Shown here piece by piece: positions 27,161 through 36,465 of a stretch of DNA of 64,000 nt (position 1 is its first letter; the number at the start of each line of letters is the position of its first letter). The notes below the pieces were generated by a model, which made no database searches, was not told where the DNA came from, and worked only from the letters and a program-made list of their open reading frames with translations. The translations under genes and the position numbers were made by a program. Source of the DNA: a virus; IMG/VR virus record IMGVR_UViG_3300010334_006426, positions 1-64,000 of that record; one strand, written 5' to 3'.

Positions 27161-29746
27161 ATGATAGGATATAGAAATGTTGCATACGACCCGAGGCAAG
27201 AGCTTATACGCTTGTTTACCTGGGATAGTAATGGAAAGAGAGTTGCTATTGACTCTACTTTTCATCCTTATATATTCCTAGAAAGTAACAATTCTCAAGA
27301 CGCTACAAGTATCTTTAATACAAAATTAAAGAAAAAAAGCTTTAGAAATCAATTTGAAAAATCCAGATATTTAAATGAAACTAAAACAAGTAGAATTTTT
27401 GAAAATTTATCTCCCTCGCAGCAATTCCTGATTGATAATTTTTGGCAAGTAAATGAGAGTGCTGAATTCTCACAATTTCCCCTTAAACTATTTTTTCTAG
27501 ATATCGAAACATATTCTGTAGATGACTTTCCAAATATCGAAACTGCCAATCATCCTATTAATATCATAACTATTTATGATACTTTAGTTAAAAAATTTGT
27601 AACTTGGGGTACTAAACCTTATCATAAAATTGCAGAGGATCAGGTTTATTTTTACTGTAAAACTGAAAGAGAGATGCTTGAAAGATTTATAAAACATTTT
27701 GAAAATGATTATCCTGACGTTGTGCTGGGATGGAATTCAGTATTGTTCGACTTGCCATATTTAATTAATAGAATTAGAGGATTGTTCGATGATGCCACGG
27801 TAGCAAGATTAAGCCCTATGCAAAGGGTACATAGTAGAACCCTCAGAGGACAATTTGGTAAGGAGCAAGTAAGATGGTATATTGACGGTATATCGTGCTT
27901 AGACTACCTAGATATTTACAAGCGTTTCTGCATGGTATTGAGAGAGAATTATAAGCTCAATAATATTACTAAAATAGAGCTGGGTGAACAAAAGATAGAT
28001 TACGGTGAAACTAATTTGAGTAGTCTTGCTGATACAGATTGGGGCAAATTTGTCGAATATAACATTCAGGACGTACGACTACTTGTTAGATTAGAGGAAA
28101 AGTTACAATATTTTCAATTATTACGAATGTTAAGCTACACAGGATTAACAACAATGGAAGCTGCGATGGGTAGTATGAGCGTCATTATCGGCGCATGTGC
28201 TGTAAGGGCAAGATATAGAAATAAAAAAATACCTACTTTTATTAGAGGAGAAGACGATGGAAAGCAGAACGAGGGTGCCTACGTGAGTGAGCCAAAAAGA
28301 GGATTTCAGAAGAGTGTTGTCAGTTTTGATGCAAACAGTCTATATCCGTCTGTGATGATAACTTTAAATTTATCCCCTGAAACAAAGATGGGTGTTATAG
28401 AGAATCAAACAAAAGAAGAAGTCACAATTAGGGATACTAACAACAATATGGTTACTCTTCCTATATCTAAATTTGCTACTTTAGTGCAGCAAGAGAAACT
28501 AAGCATAAGTAAAGCTAAAGTTTTGTTTAGTCAGAAGCACAAAGGGATTATCCCTGAAATGGTTGATTTATATTACAAATATCGCGTCCAGGTGAGAAAA
28601 GATTTAAAGAAAGTCAAGAGACATCTTACCACACTAATAAAGGGGACAGCGGAATATCAAAAGACTAAAGACGAGATAAACGTTTTGAATATCAAGCAAC
28701 ACACGATAAAAATCTTTATTAATACAGTCTACGGGGCACTTGGCAATAAAGTTTTTCCTCTTGGAGATGATGACCTGGCTAGAAGTATTACACTAACCGG
28801 GCAGGCAGTTATTAAGCAAGGCAATATTATACTATCAAACTATATTAAGGAAAAGGCTAATCTATCAGAAGATGATATTAAGAAGGATACACCAATCATT
28901 TATAATGATACAGACTCAGTATATATCACATTACAGTCTTTAATCGAAAAAGCAGGCTTGCCATTTCTTAATAACGGCAAAATTGCACCTGAGTTTTATA
29001 AAGAAGTTGAAAATATAGAGAATTATCTCAATTCTCAGATAAAGCTCTGGTGTGAGAAGTCTCTAAATAGCCATGACAGTAGAATTATTTTTAAACGCGA
29101 AGCAATTTGTGACGTTGGTGTTTTCCTACAAAAAAAACGCTATGTTATTCATATTTTAGATGAAGAAGGTATACCTACAGAGAAATTTAAGTATACAGGT
29201 GTAGAAATAGCTAGAACAACAATGCCTGCACCAATTAAGCCGCACGCAAAAAGAATTGTTGAAACAATGTTACTAACTCAAGATCAGCAAAAGACGGGTG
29301 AGGTAATTGCCGAGACATACGATTTATTTAAAACGCTTCCTTTTAACGATATATCTTTTGTTACTGGTTTAAAGGGCTATGAAAAGTATTCTCACCGTTG
29401 CGATGGGTTTAAAACTGTCAAATCAATGCCCTTACACGTAAAAGCTGCTTATATGCACAACTTGTTATTAACGACTTTTAATATTGACAAGAAGTATGAA
29501 AAAATAGGGTCAGGAGATAAGATAAGATATTTTTATGTCAAGCAGCCTAATAAGTTTAATATTAGTGCTATCGCATACAAATATTATTATCCGGAAGAAT
29601 TTGCTAATATATTTGAACCAGATCATGATTTAATGTTTGAAAAGATTATATACAGTGCTGTAGAGCGTTTTTACGAAGCAGTGAACTGGGTACCTAAAAA
29701 ACCAGGTGAAGCGCTTCAATGCGATTTATTTTCACTTTTAAGTTGA
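27161..29746 (+). CDS. gp43: Family B DNA polymerase gp43
   Basis: Exonuclease DIET, GWNS..FDLPY, YNIQD; polymerase SFDANSLYPS, KIFINTVYG, YNDTDS, KKRY. Confidence 0.95.
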   Translation: MIGYRNVAYDPRQELIRLFTWDSNGKRVAIDSTFHPYIFLESNNSQDATSIFNTKLKKKSFRNQFEKSRYLNETKTSRIFENLSPSQQFLIDNFWQVNESAEFSQFPLKLFFLDIETYSVDDFPNIETANHPINIITIYDTLVKKFVTWGTKPYHKIAEDQVYFYCKTEREMLERFIKHFENDYPDVVLGWNSVLFDLPYLINRIRGLFDDATVARLSPMQRVHSRTLRGQFGKEQVRWYIDGISCLDYLDIYKRFCMVLRENYKLNNITKIELGEQKIDYGETNLSSLADTDWGKFVEYNIQDVRLLVRLEEKLQYFQLLRMLSYTGLTTMEAAMGSMSVIIGACAVRARYRNKKIPTFIRGEDDGKQNEGAYVSEPKRGFQKSVVSFDANSLYPSVMITLNLSPETKMGVIENQTKEEVTIRDTNNNMVTLPISKFATLVQQEKLSISKAKVLFSQKHKGIIPEMVDLYYKYRVQVRKDLKKVKRHLTTLIKGTAEYQKTKDEINVLNIKQHTIKIFINTVYGALGNKVFPLGDDDLARSITLTGQAVIKQGNIILSNYIKEKANLSEDDIKKDTPIIYNDTDSVYITLQSLIEKAGLPFLNNGKIAPEFYKEVENIENYLNSQIKLWCEKSLNSHDSRIIFKREAICDVGVFLQKKRYVIHILDEEGIPTEKFKYTGVEIARTTMPAPIKPHAKRIVETMLLTQDQQKTGEVIAETYDLFKTLPFNDISFVTGLKGYEKYSHRCDGFKTVKSMPLHVKAAYMHNLLLTTFNIDKKYEKIGSGDKIRYFYVKQPNKFNISAIAYKYYYPEEFANIFEPDHDLMFEKIIYSAVERFYEAVNWVPKKPGEALQCDLFSLLS

Positions 29747-29776
29747 TTTTTTTTAAGCATCATATATATTATTGAT

Positions 29777-30136
29777 ATGAGTAATATTATTGTTTTTGTA
29801 AATCATGTCGGTCAAACCCTTATTGCAGAGCAGCTGCAAGAAACTAAGGATAATTTAAAAATTAAGAATCCTGCTATTCTGCATGTTGTTCCTAATCAAA
29901 CGGGTCAACTGCAAGTTCAATTAATTCCATATTTTTTCAAGGAATTTATTGAACCTAAGGCAAGAAAAGAAGGTGCTATTTTTAATTTTGATAAGTCTAA
30001 GGTTGTTTCTAGCGAGATTAAGCTAGAACCAAAGCTTGCAGAGCAGTACAATCGCATCTTTTCTGATACCCCTGTTGCAAATGCTACATCACAGCAGGGC
30101 GGCGAAGCTTCAGTTATCAAGTTGTTTGACGAATGA
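29777..30136 (+). CDS. Hypothetical protein
   Basis: 119-aa ORF leading the uvsX operon; TTGATT..TATTAT promoter at 29743. Confidence 0.7.
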   Translation: MSNIIVFVNHVGQTLIAEQLQETKDNLKIKNPAILHVVPNQTGQLQVQLIPYFFKEFIEPKARKEGAIFNFDKSKVVSSEIKLEPKLAEQYNRIFSDTPVANATSQQGGEASVIKLFDE

Positions 30137-31215
30137 AGCAAGACGAGATACTGTCAAAAGCATTTAAAGCGTTAGATGCCCTTAACCCGGAAGCTACGTT
30201 TTTATCTGAAAACGCACTCTGTAATGTTGATACTTGGTATGATACAGGCTGCTACGCTCTAAATGCTATTGTATCTGGTAAACTACGTGAAGGCGGTATC
30301 CCTAAGGGTAGAATAACAATATTTGCCGGTCCTTCGCAAACAGGTAAAACATTGCTTGTAAATAAAATTCTTGGACTAGCTCAGAAGAAAGGTATTATAC
30401 CAGTAATATTTGATACTGAGTTTGCTATTGACAAGACAACCACCGCTGGTGTTGGTCTTGATCCAGATAAAACAAAATATGTACCTGTTTATACTATTGA
30501 AAATGCTCGTAATCAAATCAGTACATTTTTAGATAGTATTGTTGAGAATAATCTACAAGGTAAATTTATTATTAGCTTAGATAGCTTAGGTAATCTTGCA
30601 GGTAGTAAAGAAGTTTCAGATGTTGAGAAAGACAAGAGCGCTGCCGATATGGGCACAAGAGCTAAAGGGTTAAAGAGTATGCTAAGACTTTTAACTTATA
30701 AAGCGGGTCGCGCAGGTGTCCCTATTCTGATGACTAATCATACTTATAGCGATCCTGCATCACTGTATCCTTCACTAGTACAAAATCAAAGCGGTGGCAG
30801 TGGCCCTCTTTATATGGCTAGTGTAATTGTTCAGTTAGCTAAGAGAAATGAAAAGCAGGAAAATGAAGAGGAAGCAATCCTGCCTGAAGCTAAGAATTAT
30901 AATGGCGTAACATTGAGAGCACTGACTGTAAAAAATAGATTTGTACCGCCTTTTCTTGAGGCTAGCATTAATTTGAACTATTTAACTGGTCTCGATAAGT
31001 ATAGTGGCTTACTCGAGATGGCTGTTAACCATGGTTTGATTATTCAAACCGGTTCTACTTACACCAAACCAGACGGTACCAAGCTAGGTTACGCAAAGAA
31101 CTTTACTAAAGATAAAAAGTTCTTTGATGAGTTAATCCCTTTGCTAGATAAAAAGCTTGAAACCGCATACAAATATGGAAACGTATCTGATGAGGTTGTG
31201 AGTGAAAAAGAATAA
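30133..31215 (+). CDS. uvsX: UvsX RecA-like recombinase
   Basis: DTGCYALN, GPSQTGKT, FDTE, LDSLGNL, DMGTRAK, TNHTY, SGGSG, KNRF. Confidence 0.92.
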   Translation: MKQDEILSKAFKALDALNPEATFLSENALCNVDTWYDTGCYALNAIVSGKLREGGIPKGRITIFAGPSQTGKTLLVNKILGLAQKKGIIPVIFDTEFAIDKTTTAGVGLDPDKTKYVPVYTIENARNQISTFLDSIVENNLQGKFIISLDSLGNLAGSKEVSDVEKDKSAADMGTRAKGLKSMLRLLTYKAGRAGVPILMTNHTYSDPASLYPSLVQNQSGGSGPLYMASVIVQLAKRNEKQENEEEAILPEAKNYNGVTLRALTVKNRFVPPFLEASINLNYLTGLDKYSGLLEMAVNHGLIIQTGSTYTKPDGTKLGYAKNFTKDKKFFDELIPLLDKKLETAYKYGNVSDEVVSEKE

Positions 31216-31945
31216 AGTAGTTGTTCCTATTTCCGGCGGTATGGATAGTACTGTCATTTTATATAAAGCTGTAGAGCAGTTTGGCGTAGAAAATGTTCTT
31301 GGATTATCATACGATTATGGCCAACGGCACAAAAGAGAATTAAAATTAGCAAAATACCATATTGAAAAATTAAAAATAAAAGAATGGTCTACTATTGACG
31401 TGACGTTTATCAGACAGCTTGCACCAACAAGTAGTTTGACTAATGATGATATTGATACACCTGATATAAGACAAATCGCGGGTGAGGCGCAACCTAAATC
31501 GTATGTTCCAAATAGAAATATGATTTTTTTGAGCATTGCTGCTTCGTATGCAGAAGCTGTAGGCGCTAGTGTGGTGTATCACGGTGCGACTAAAGTTGAT
31601 AGTTTAGCCGGCTACTGGGATGCTAGTCCAGAATTTCTACCAACTATTAACAGTGTATTAGCTCTTAATAGAGAAATTAGAATTAGTATAGAAGCCCCGT
31701 TAATAGAAATGGATAAGGCTGATATTGTAAAAGAGGGTATTAGACTGAAAGTACCGTTTAGCAAAACATATACGTGTTATTCTGGTGAAAATTTGAGCGA
31801 TGCAAATTCACCTAGCAGTGCATTGCGTATCAAAGGATTTGCAAAAGCTGGTTATATAGACCCTCTTAAATATAGACAAGATTTAAGCAATGTATGGGAA
31901 AAGTATAATTGTAGATTAATTGACTACGACACATATAATAATTAA
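31202..31945 (+). CDS. queC: 7-cyano-7-deazaguanine synthase-like (atypical, Zn-cysteines lost)
   Basis: PP-loop SGGMDS, YGQRH..EL, YVPNRNMIFLS, GYWD, APL...K. Confidence 0.85.
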   Translation: MKKNKVVVPISGGMDSTVILYKAVEQFGVENVLGLSYDYGQRHKRELKLAKYHIEKLKIKEWSTIDVTFIRQLAPTSSLTNDDIDTPDIRQIAGEAQPKSYVPNRNMIFLSIAASYAEAVGASVVYHGATKVDSLAGYWDASPEFLPTINSVLALNREIRISIEAPLIEMDKADIVKEGIRLKVPFSKTYTCYSGENLSDANSPSSALRIKGFAKAGYIDPLKYRQDLSNVWEKYNCRLIDYDTYNN

Positions 31946-32620
31946 ATGTGTGGTATTTTTGGAGCGACTGAAAGAGAGCAATTTCTCACCCTCTACGAAT
32001 TAAATCAAAAGAGAGGCAATTTTGCCACATCGCTCTGCTTTGTTAATAAGAAAGGCGATATGCATATTCATCGCTGGAGCGGCGTCATAGATACTCGGCA
32101 AATTAAAAAAACTCTAGATAATACAGAAGAAGAAATTGTTATGCTTGTCGGTCATACACAAGCACCTACTTCCTCGAAAAGAAAGTATTCTGCAGAAACC
32201 GCTCACCCTTTTAACGTACAAAACTATACAATAGCACATAATGGGGTTTTATCTAATTTTAATGATTTGAAGGAAATGTTTGACCCTAAATGGAAGAATC
32301 CTGTTGATAGTAGTATTATACCTTTTATGTGTACAATGTATGAAGAAGAATTTCCAAACAGTGAAAGTATAGAAGCAATTATACATACGCTAGGTAAACT
32401 GGAAGGTACGTTTGGACTATGGATATATGAATCATCGCGCAATACAATGTATCTTGCAAGATGTGGTAGTACGTTGTTTGCTAATAAAATAGAAAATAGT
32501 TTTAGCAGTGTAAAATTTAAAAACTCTGAAGCTCTGGACGAAGGGAGTTTATATCAATTGACACCTGAAGGGATTACAGCTGTAGGGGTGTTTGACTGTG
32601 ACAGTCCGTTCTTTACTTAA
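31946..32620 (+). CDS. Class II (Ntn) glutamine amidotransferase
   Basis: N-terminal MCGIFG, GHTQAPT, AHPF, AHNG, VDS; directly after queC. Confidence 0.85.
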   Translation: MCGIFGATEREQFLTLYELNQKRGNFATSLCFVNKKGDMHIHRWSGVIDTRQIKKTLDNTEEEIVMLVGHTQAPTSSKRKYSAETAHPFNVQNYTIAHNGVLSNFNDLKEMFDPKWKNPVDSSIIPFMCTMYEEEFPNSESIEAIIHTLGKLEGTFGLWIYESSRNTMYLARCGSTLFANKIENSFSSVKFKNSEALDEGSLYQLTPEGITAVGVFDCDSPFFT

Positions 32621-33465
32621 TCACCGAAGCTAAATCCACCAGCGTCAACTCCTCTATCTCTACCTATCATTCCTAGCTCCCGGGCAACCGTACCTGCGTC
32701 GTCTGTCTCTGGATAATCTTCTATTGTATCCACTTCACCCGATCCTTCGCCTTCTGCAGATTGTTTTTCTACTTGCTTTTCCTTTAGTACTCCTGCTTGC
32801 TTAAGAATATCTATTAAATCATAAGATTTTATCTTTAATTGCTGATCTTTAGGCAAGCCCGGGGTCTCGTTGTATTCTTTTATAGCGTTTTTAAGTACAC
32901 CTAAAATTTCTTTTTCGTTAATATCTTCGTCAGGCAGCCCAAAGACTAAAGCCTTCAGCTTCTTATTCTCAATAGCTACCGATTTATCTATTTCATATAC
33001 AGTTTCTGTCTTTACTGGCTTAGCCTCTGGAGCAGATTTTGCACCATCTTCTACAGCTTTTTCCACTTCTTTAGGCTGCGCTACGGCATTACCATGTTCA
33101 TCTATATCAATAACATCAAGTAAATTATTAACTATTCTAGCTGTATAGCCTGCAACAGTTGATCCAATTTTTAGTTCGTCTTTTATTAAATTAATTAACT
33201 CAACCTTGAATTTATCTTTTGAACCAGGGTAAAATAGTTTATATTCCATACCATTAGATGTATGTGTTACAGGTTTGAACAGCTTGGTTTCTATACTGTT
33301 AATTAATGAATCAATTTTTTCGTCCGGTAACCCCTTCAAGCCGTAACCACCACCAGCACCCTGACGGGGATCAGATTTAAATTTTAACTTATCAACAGCA
33401 TATTTTGCCATTTCATCTAAATGCTTTGAATATGCCTCAAAAATAAATTTACTATCATTGTCCAT
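32617..33465 (-). CDS. Hypothetical late protein
   Basis: TATAAATA upstream; starts MDNDSKFIFEAY; acidic C-terminus. Confidence 0.7.
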   Translation of the reverse strand: MDNDSKFIFEAYSKHLDEMAKYAVDKLKFKSDPRQGAGGGYGLKGLPDEKIDSLINSIETKLFKPVTHTSNGMEYKLFYPGSKDKFKVELINLIKDELKIGSTVAGYTARIVNNLLDVIDIDEHGNAVAQPKEVEKAVEDGAKSAPEAKPVKTETVYEIDKSVAIENKKLKALVFGLPDEDINEKEILGVLKNAIKEYNETPGLPKDQQLKIKSYDLIDILKQAGVLKEKQVEKQSAEGEGSGEVDTIEDYPETDDAGTVARELGMIGRDRGVDAGGFSFGD

Positions 33466-33505
33466 AGTACTTGATTATTTATAAGAAATCATTATAATTT
33501 CATGT
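33466..33505. promoter_or_regulatory. Overlapping divergent promoters
   Basis: Plus TTGATT-N16-TATAAT-N7-ATG; minus TATAAATA lies inside its spacer. Confidence 0.65.
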
Positions 33506-34156
33506 ATGATAGGGGTTTTTTCAGTAAGTCCGTTAGAGGGAAACTGTTTACTAGAGAAGACATTGCCAAAAAATAGTAATTTAACCCTTAATATTCAATA
33601 TAATAATAAAGTCATAGGACTTAGTAAATTCTATAATAGTATAATAGAAGATGCAAAGAACGACAAATATGAGGTAGTTATTTGCTGTCATCATGATGTT
33701 TCTTTAAGATTCGCGAATCTAGAAGTTGCTGCTAAAGATGCTTTAATGAATTTTGATGTTGTTGGTGTCGCAGGAGGGCGCGTACCTTCGATTATAGAGA
33801 AAAATTTATGGCATTGGATGATGCCCAGTTCTAACTACAGAGGTATAGCTGCTCACGGAGATAAAATTGATAATATGTTTGTTACATCTTTTGGCCCTAC
33901 CCCTGCATCGGTTGATGTATTAGACGGGGTATTTTTAATGTTCAATACTAAAAAGGTTAGAGATTCTGGTGCCAGATTTGATGAAAGTTTTATGTGGCAT
34001 CATTATGATATAGATTTTAGCTTGACTTGTAGAAAGCATAATCTTAAATTAGGTGTATGGCCTGTACTAGTATATCATCAGAGTCCAGGGTTAAGAGACC
34101 TAGAGGATAAGGAATGGGTAAAAAGTAATAACTTTTTTAAATTAAAATGGAAGTAA
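33506..34156 (+). CDS. GT2-like glycosyltransferase
   Basis: CHHDV, VVGVAG, VLDGVF, FDE.F.WHHYDIDFSL, HQSPG. Confidence 0.75.
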   Translation: MIGVFSVSPLEGNCLLEKTLPKNSNLTLNIQYNNKVIGLSKFYNSIIEDAKNDKYEVVICCHHDVSLRFANLEVAAKDALMNFDVVGVAGGRVPSIIEKNLWHWMMPSSNYRGIAAHGDKIDNMFVTSFGPTPASVDVLDGVFLMFNTKKVRDSGARFDESFMWHHYDIDFSLTCRKHNLKLGVWPVLVYHQSPGLRDLEDKEWVKSNNFFKLKWK

Positions 34157-35484
34157 AAACAAAAAAACAATTAGATTTAGATTTTTATGAAAATGTAGTG
34201 ATATACAACTCGCTCATTAACCCTGATTATCTTTCATCTATTATAGATTCGCTCGATGTTAGGTATTTTAAAAATAAAGATATTAAAAATATCATTTCAA
34301 TTATTATTAAATTTTTTCAAGAGAGAGGAACAACGCCCACTCATACCGAACTTAAGGCCTATCTTATTAACGATGAGCTCAAGACAAGCTTCAAGAACGT
34401 TGTTAATTTGTTTGTAGATTTAGATAAAAAATTTGAAAAAAATGAATTGGTAGATAACACAGAATTGTTTTTAAAAGAAAAAGCAGTATACCATGCATTG
34501 TTAGACGCGGCCGATAAATTAGATTCTAAACAATTAAATACAGCTGACCTTCTTACTAAGATAGAAAAAGCTGTTGGGATTAACCTATCTCAGCATATGG
34601 GTATAGAATTATTTAATGATATAGATTTATTTATTAAAGATCTTCATAGCGAAGAACCACATATCAAATCTGGCTGGAAATGGTTAGACGGTAAACTTGG
34701 CGGAGGTTTTCTAGAAAACGGTAGAGCTCTTTATGTATTTGCAGGTGAAACGAATGTAGGGAAAAGTATTGTTCTAGGAAATATTGCTACAAATATTGCC
34801 CTGGATGGAAAGACAGTATTACTAGTTTCTCTTGAAATGAGCGAAATGATGTACGCGAGAAGACTATCATCTTCTATAACCAGTATACCTCTTAGCCATT
34901 TAAAATCGGAATCGGACAATTTAAAGCAATTAATTACACAGATAGCTTCTGGCAAAAGCTCTAAGATTATTATTAAAGAGTTCCCGCCCTCCACACTAAC
35001 ACCACATCAATTAAAGGCTTTTGTTAAGAAGCTTATTCAAAAAAATATTAAACCGGATGCTATTGTGTTGGATTATTTAAATCTTTTACACAGCCCACTC
35101 GGTAATAACAGCTATGAAAGAGTTTTATATGCGGCACAACAAGTACGGGCTTTGAGTTACGAGCTAAACTGTCCAATTATTTCAGCTACACAGCTGAACA
35201 GGTCTGGTTATAATGTTGATAACCCCGGTTTAGAAACAATATCTGAGAGTATAGGTCTTGCAACCACTTCAGATGCAATTATATCTATTTGGCAAAAAGA
35301 TGAAGATAAAGAACTTGGTATTATTAATATAGGTATGACAAAGAACCGATTTGGGCCTAATTTTGGCAGTATTGCATTAAAAATCGATTATAATACATTA
35401 CAGATTACAGAAGACGATACTATTAACGAAAGCGAAGAGGCTAGAGAATTTACTAAATCGCTCGCTAATTTAAGTTCTACGTGA
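34147..35484 (+). CDS. gp41: Replicative helicase gp41 (DnaB-like)
   Basis: GETNVGKS, SLEM, KEFPP, LDYLNL, SATQLNRSG, SESIG, KNRFG. Confidence 0.92.
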   Translation: MEVKTKKQLDLDFYENVVIYNSLINPDYLSSIIDSLDVRYFKNKDIKNIISIIIKFFQERGTTPTHTELKAYLINDELKTSFKNVVNLFVDLDKKFEKNELVDNTELFLKEKAVYHALLDAADKLDSKQLNTADLLTKIEKAVGINLSQHMGIELFNDIDLFIKDLHSEEPHIKSGWKWLDGKLGGGFLENGRALYVFAGETNVGKSIVLGNIATNIALDGKTVLLVSLEMSEMMYARRLSSSITSIPLSHLKSESDNLKQLITQIASGKSSKIIIKEFPPSTLTPHQLKAFVKKLIQKNIKPDAIVLDYLNLLHSPLGNNSYERVLYAAQQVRALSYELNCPIISATQLNRSGYNVDNPGLETISESIGLATTSDAIISIWQKDEDKELGIINIGMTKNRFGPNFGSIALKIDYNTLQITEDDTINESEEAREFTKSLANLSST

Positions 35485-35526
35485 TTTTCACCCCACCACA
35501 AATAAATTCATATAGTTTTAGATTGT

Positions 35527-35793
35527 ATGAATTTCAACAATATACATCAAGAAGAAACAGATCACTTATTTAGATCTTATTGTAGTTTTGTCTGTATTGC
35601 GTTTAATAAGAAATATAACCTTGCAAATATTTTATTATTATTTTTACAGAACAAAAATTTAAAAAGTTTATTTAAGTCACTATTAGATGTTGAAAGCGAT
35701 GTTCTTGCAGTTAAAATGTTCCTTGAGTTTGATCCTTCATTATGTAAAAGCAAATATATAATGAAGTATCTAAACACTCATAGAGCAAAATGA
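35527..35793 (+). CDS. Hypothetical protein
   Basis: 88-aa ORF, ATGA-coupled to the next gene. Confidence 0.55.
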   Translation: MNFNNIHQEETDHLFRSYCSFVCIAFNKKYNLANILLLFLQNKNLKSLFKSLLDVESDVLAVKMFLEFDPSLCKSKYIMKYLNTHRAK

Positions 35794-36422
35794 TTTCAGA
35801 AAAAATAATTTATAATCTCTTTTTAAAGGTTTCCAGGTCACAGGCTGGTCTACCCTACAGACTTAGAAAGCAATGGCATGGTTTTGAGGAGACGCCCCAC
35901 TATCAACATGTATTAAGACTAAAAAACTTTTTCTCTCGCAACAAAAGTGTTGATATAAATGATTTTTTCTCTGCTCCATATACAATATATCCAGGCGAAA
36001 GTGGGTTTGATCTACCATTTTACTCATCACCCAAAGCAATAAAGATATATACTTTAGCTCAAAAAAAGAAGCTTTTATTGGAACCTGATGATAATTATCA
36101 TTTACAAAGTATTACTAAAGGTTTAAAATATATTTTTCGATACTGCAAAGAAAAAAATATAAAAATTTTTCAGTATCCAGAATATAGGGAAGGTATTCAC
36201 CCTGCTTTTATTTCACATTTAAAAGAAAATCGAGTCAGTATATACAACATGTTTGCTTTTGAAAATTTTGATAAATGGTTAAGAACTGTTGACTCTGATA
36301 TACTTCATTTTATTCTTGGAGATCTTTACAATAACTTAGATGTTTTTAGGACTAAGTTTCTGACAAGTAAGTATGCTAAAAAATTATCTACAGTAGGATT
36401 AAAGAAAATATCGGAAAAATAA
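35790..36422 (+). CDS. Hypothetical protein, possibly gp59-like helicase loader
   Basis: Basic ~210-aa ORF directly upstream of gp32 (the T4 position of gp59); no diagnostic motif. Confidence 0.4.
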   Translation: MISEKIIYNLFLKVSRSQAGLPYRLRKQWHGFEETPHYQHVLRLKNFFSRNKSVDINDFFSAPYTIYPGESGFDLPFYSSPKAIKIYTLAQKKKLLLEPDDNYHLQSITKGLKYIFRYCKEKNIKIFQYPEYREGIHPAFISHLKENRVSIYNMFAFENFDKWLRTVDSDILHFILGDLYNNLDVFRTKFLTSKYAKKLSTVGLKKISEK

Positions 36423-36465
36423 AAAAAATAGTTGATTCTTTTTTCGAATACATTATTATATATAC

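Noticed and set aside
26928-27265. Long versions of the two minus-strand ORFs
   Set aside because: The extensions overlap each other and gp43; the shorter ATG starts fit the promoter and ATGA coupling
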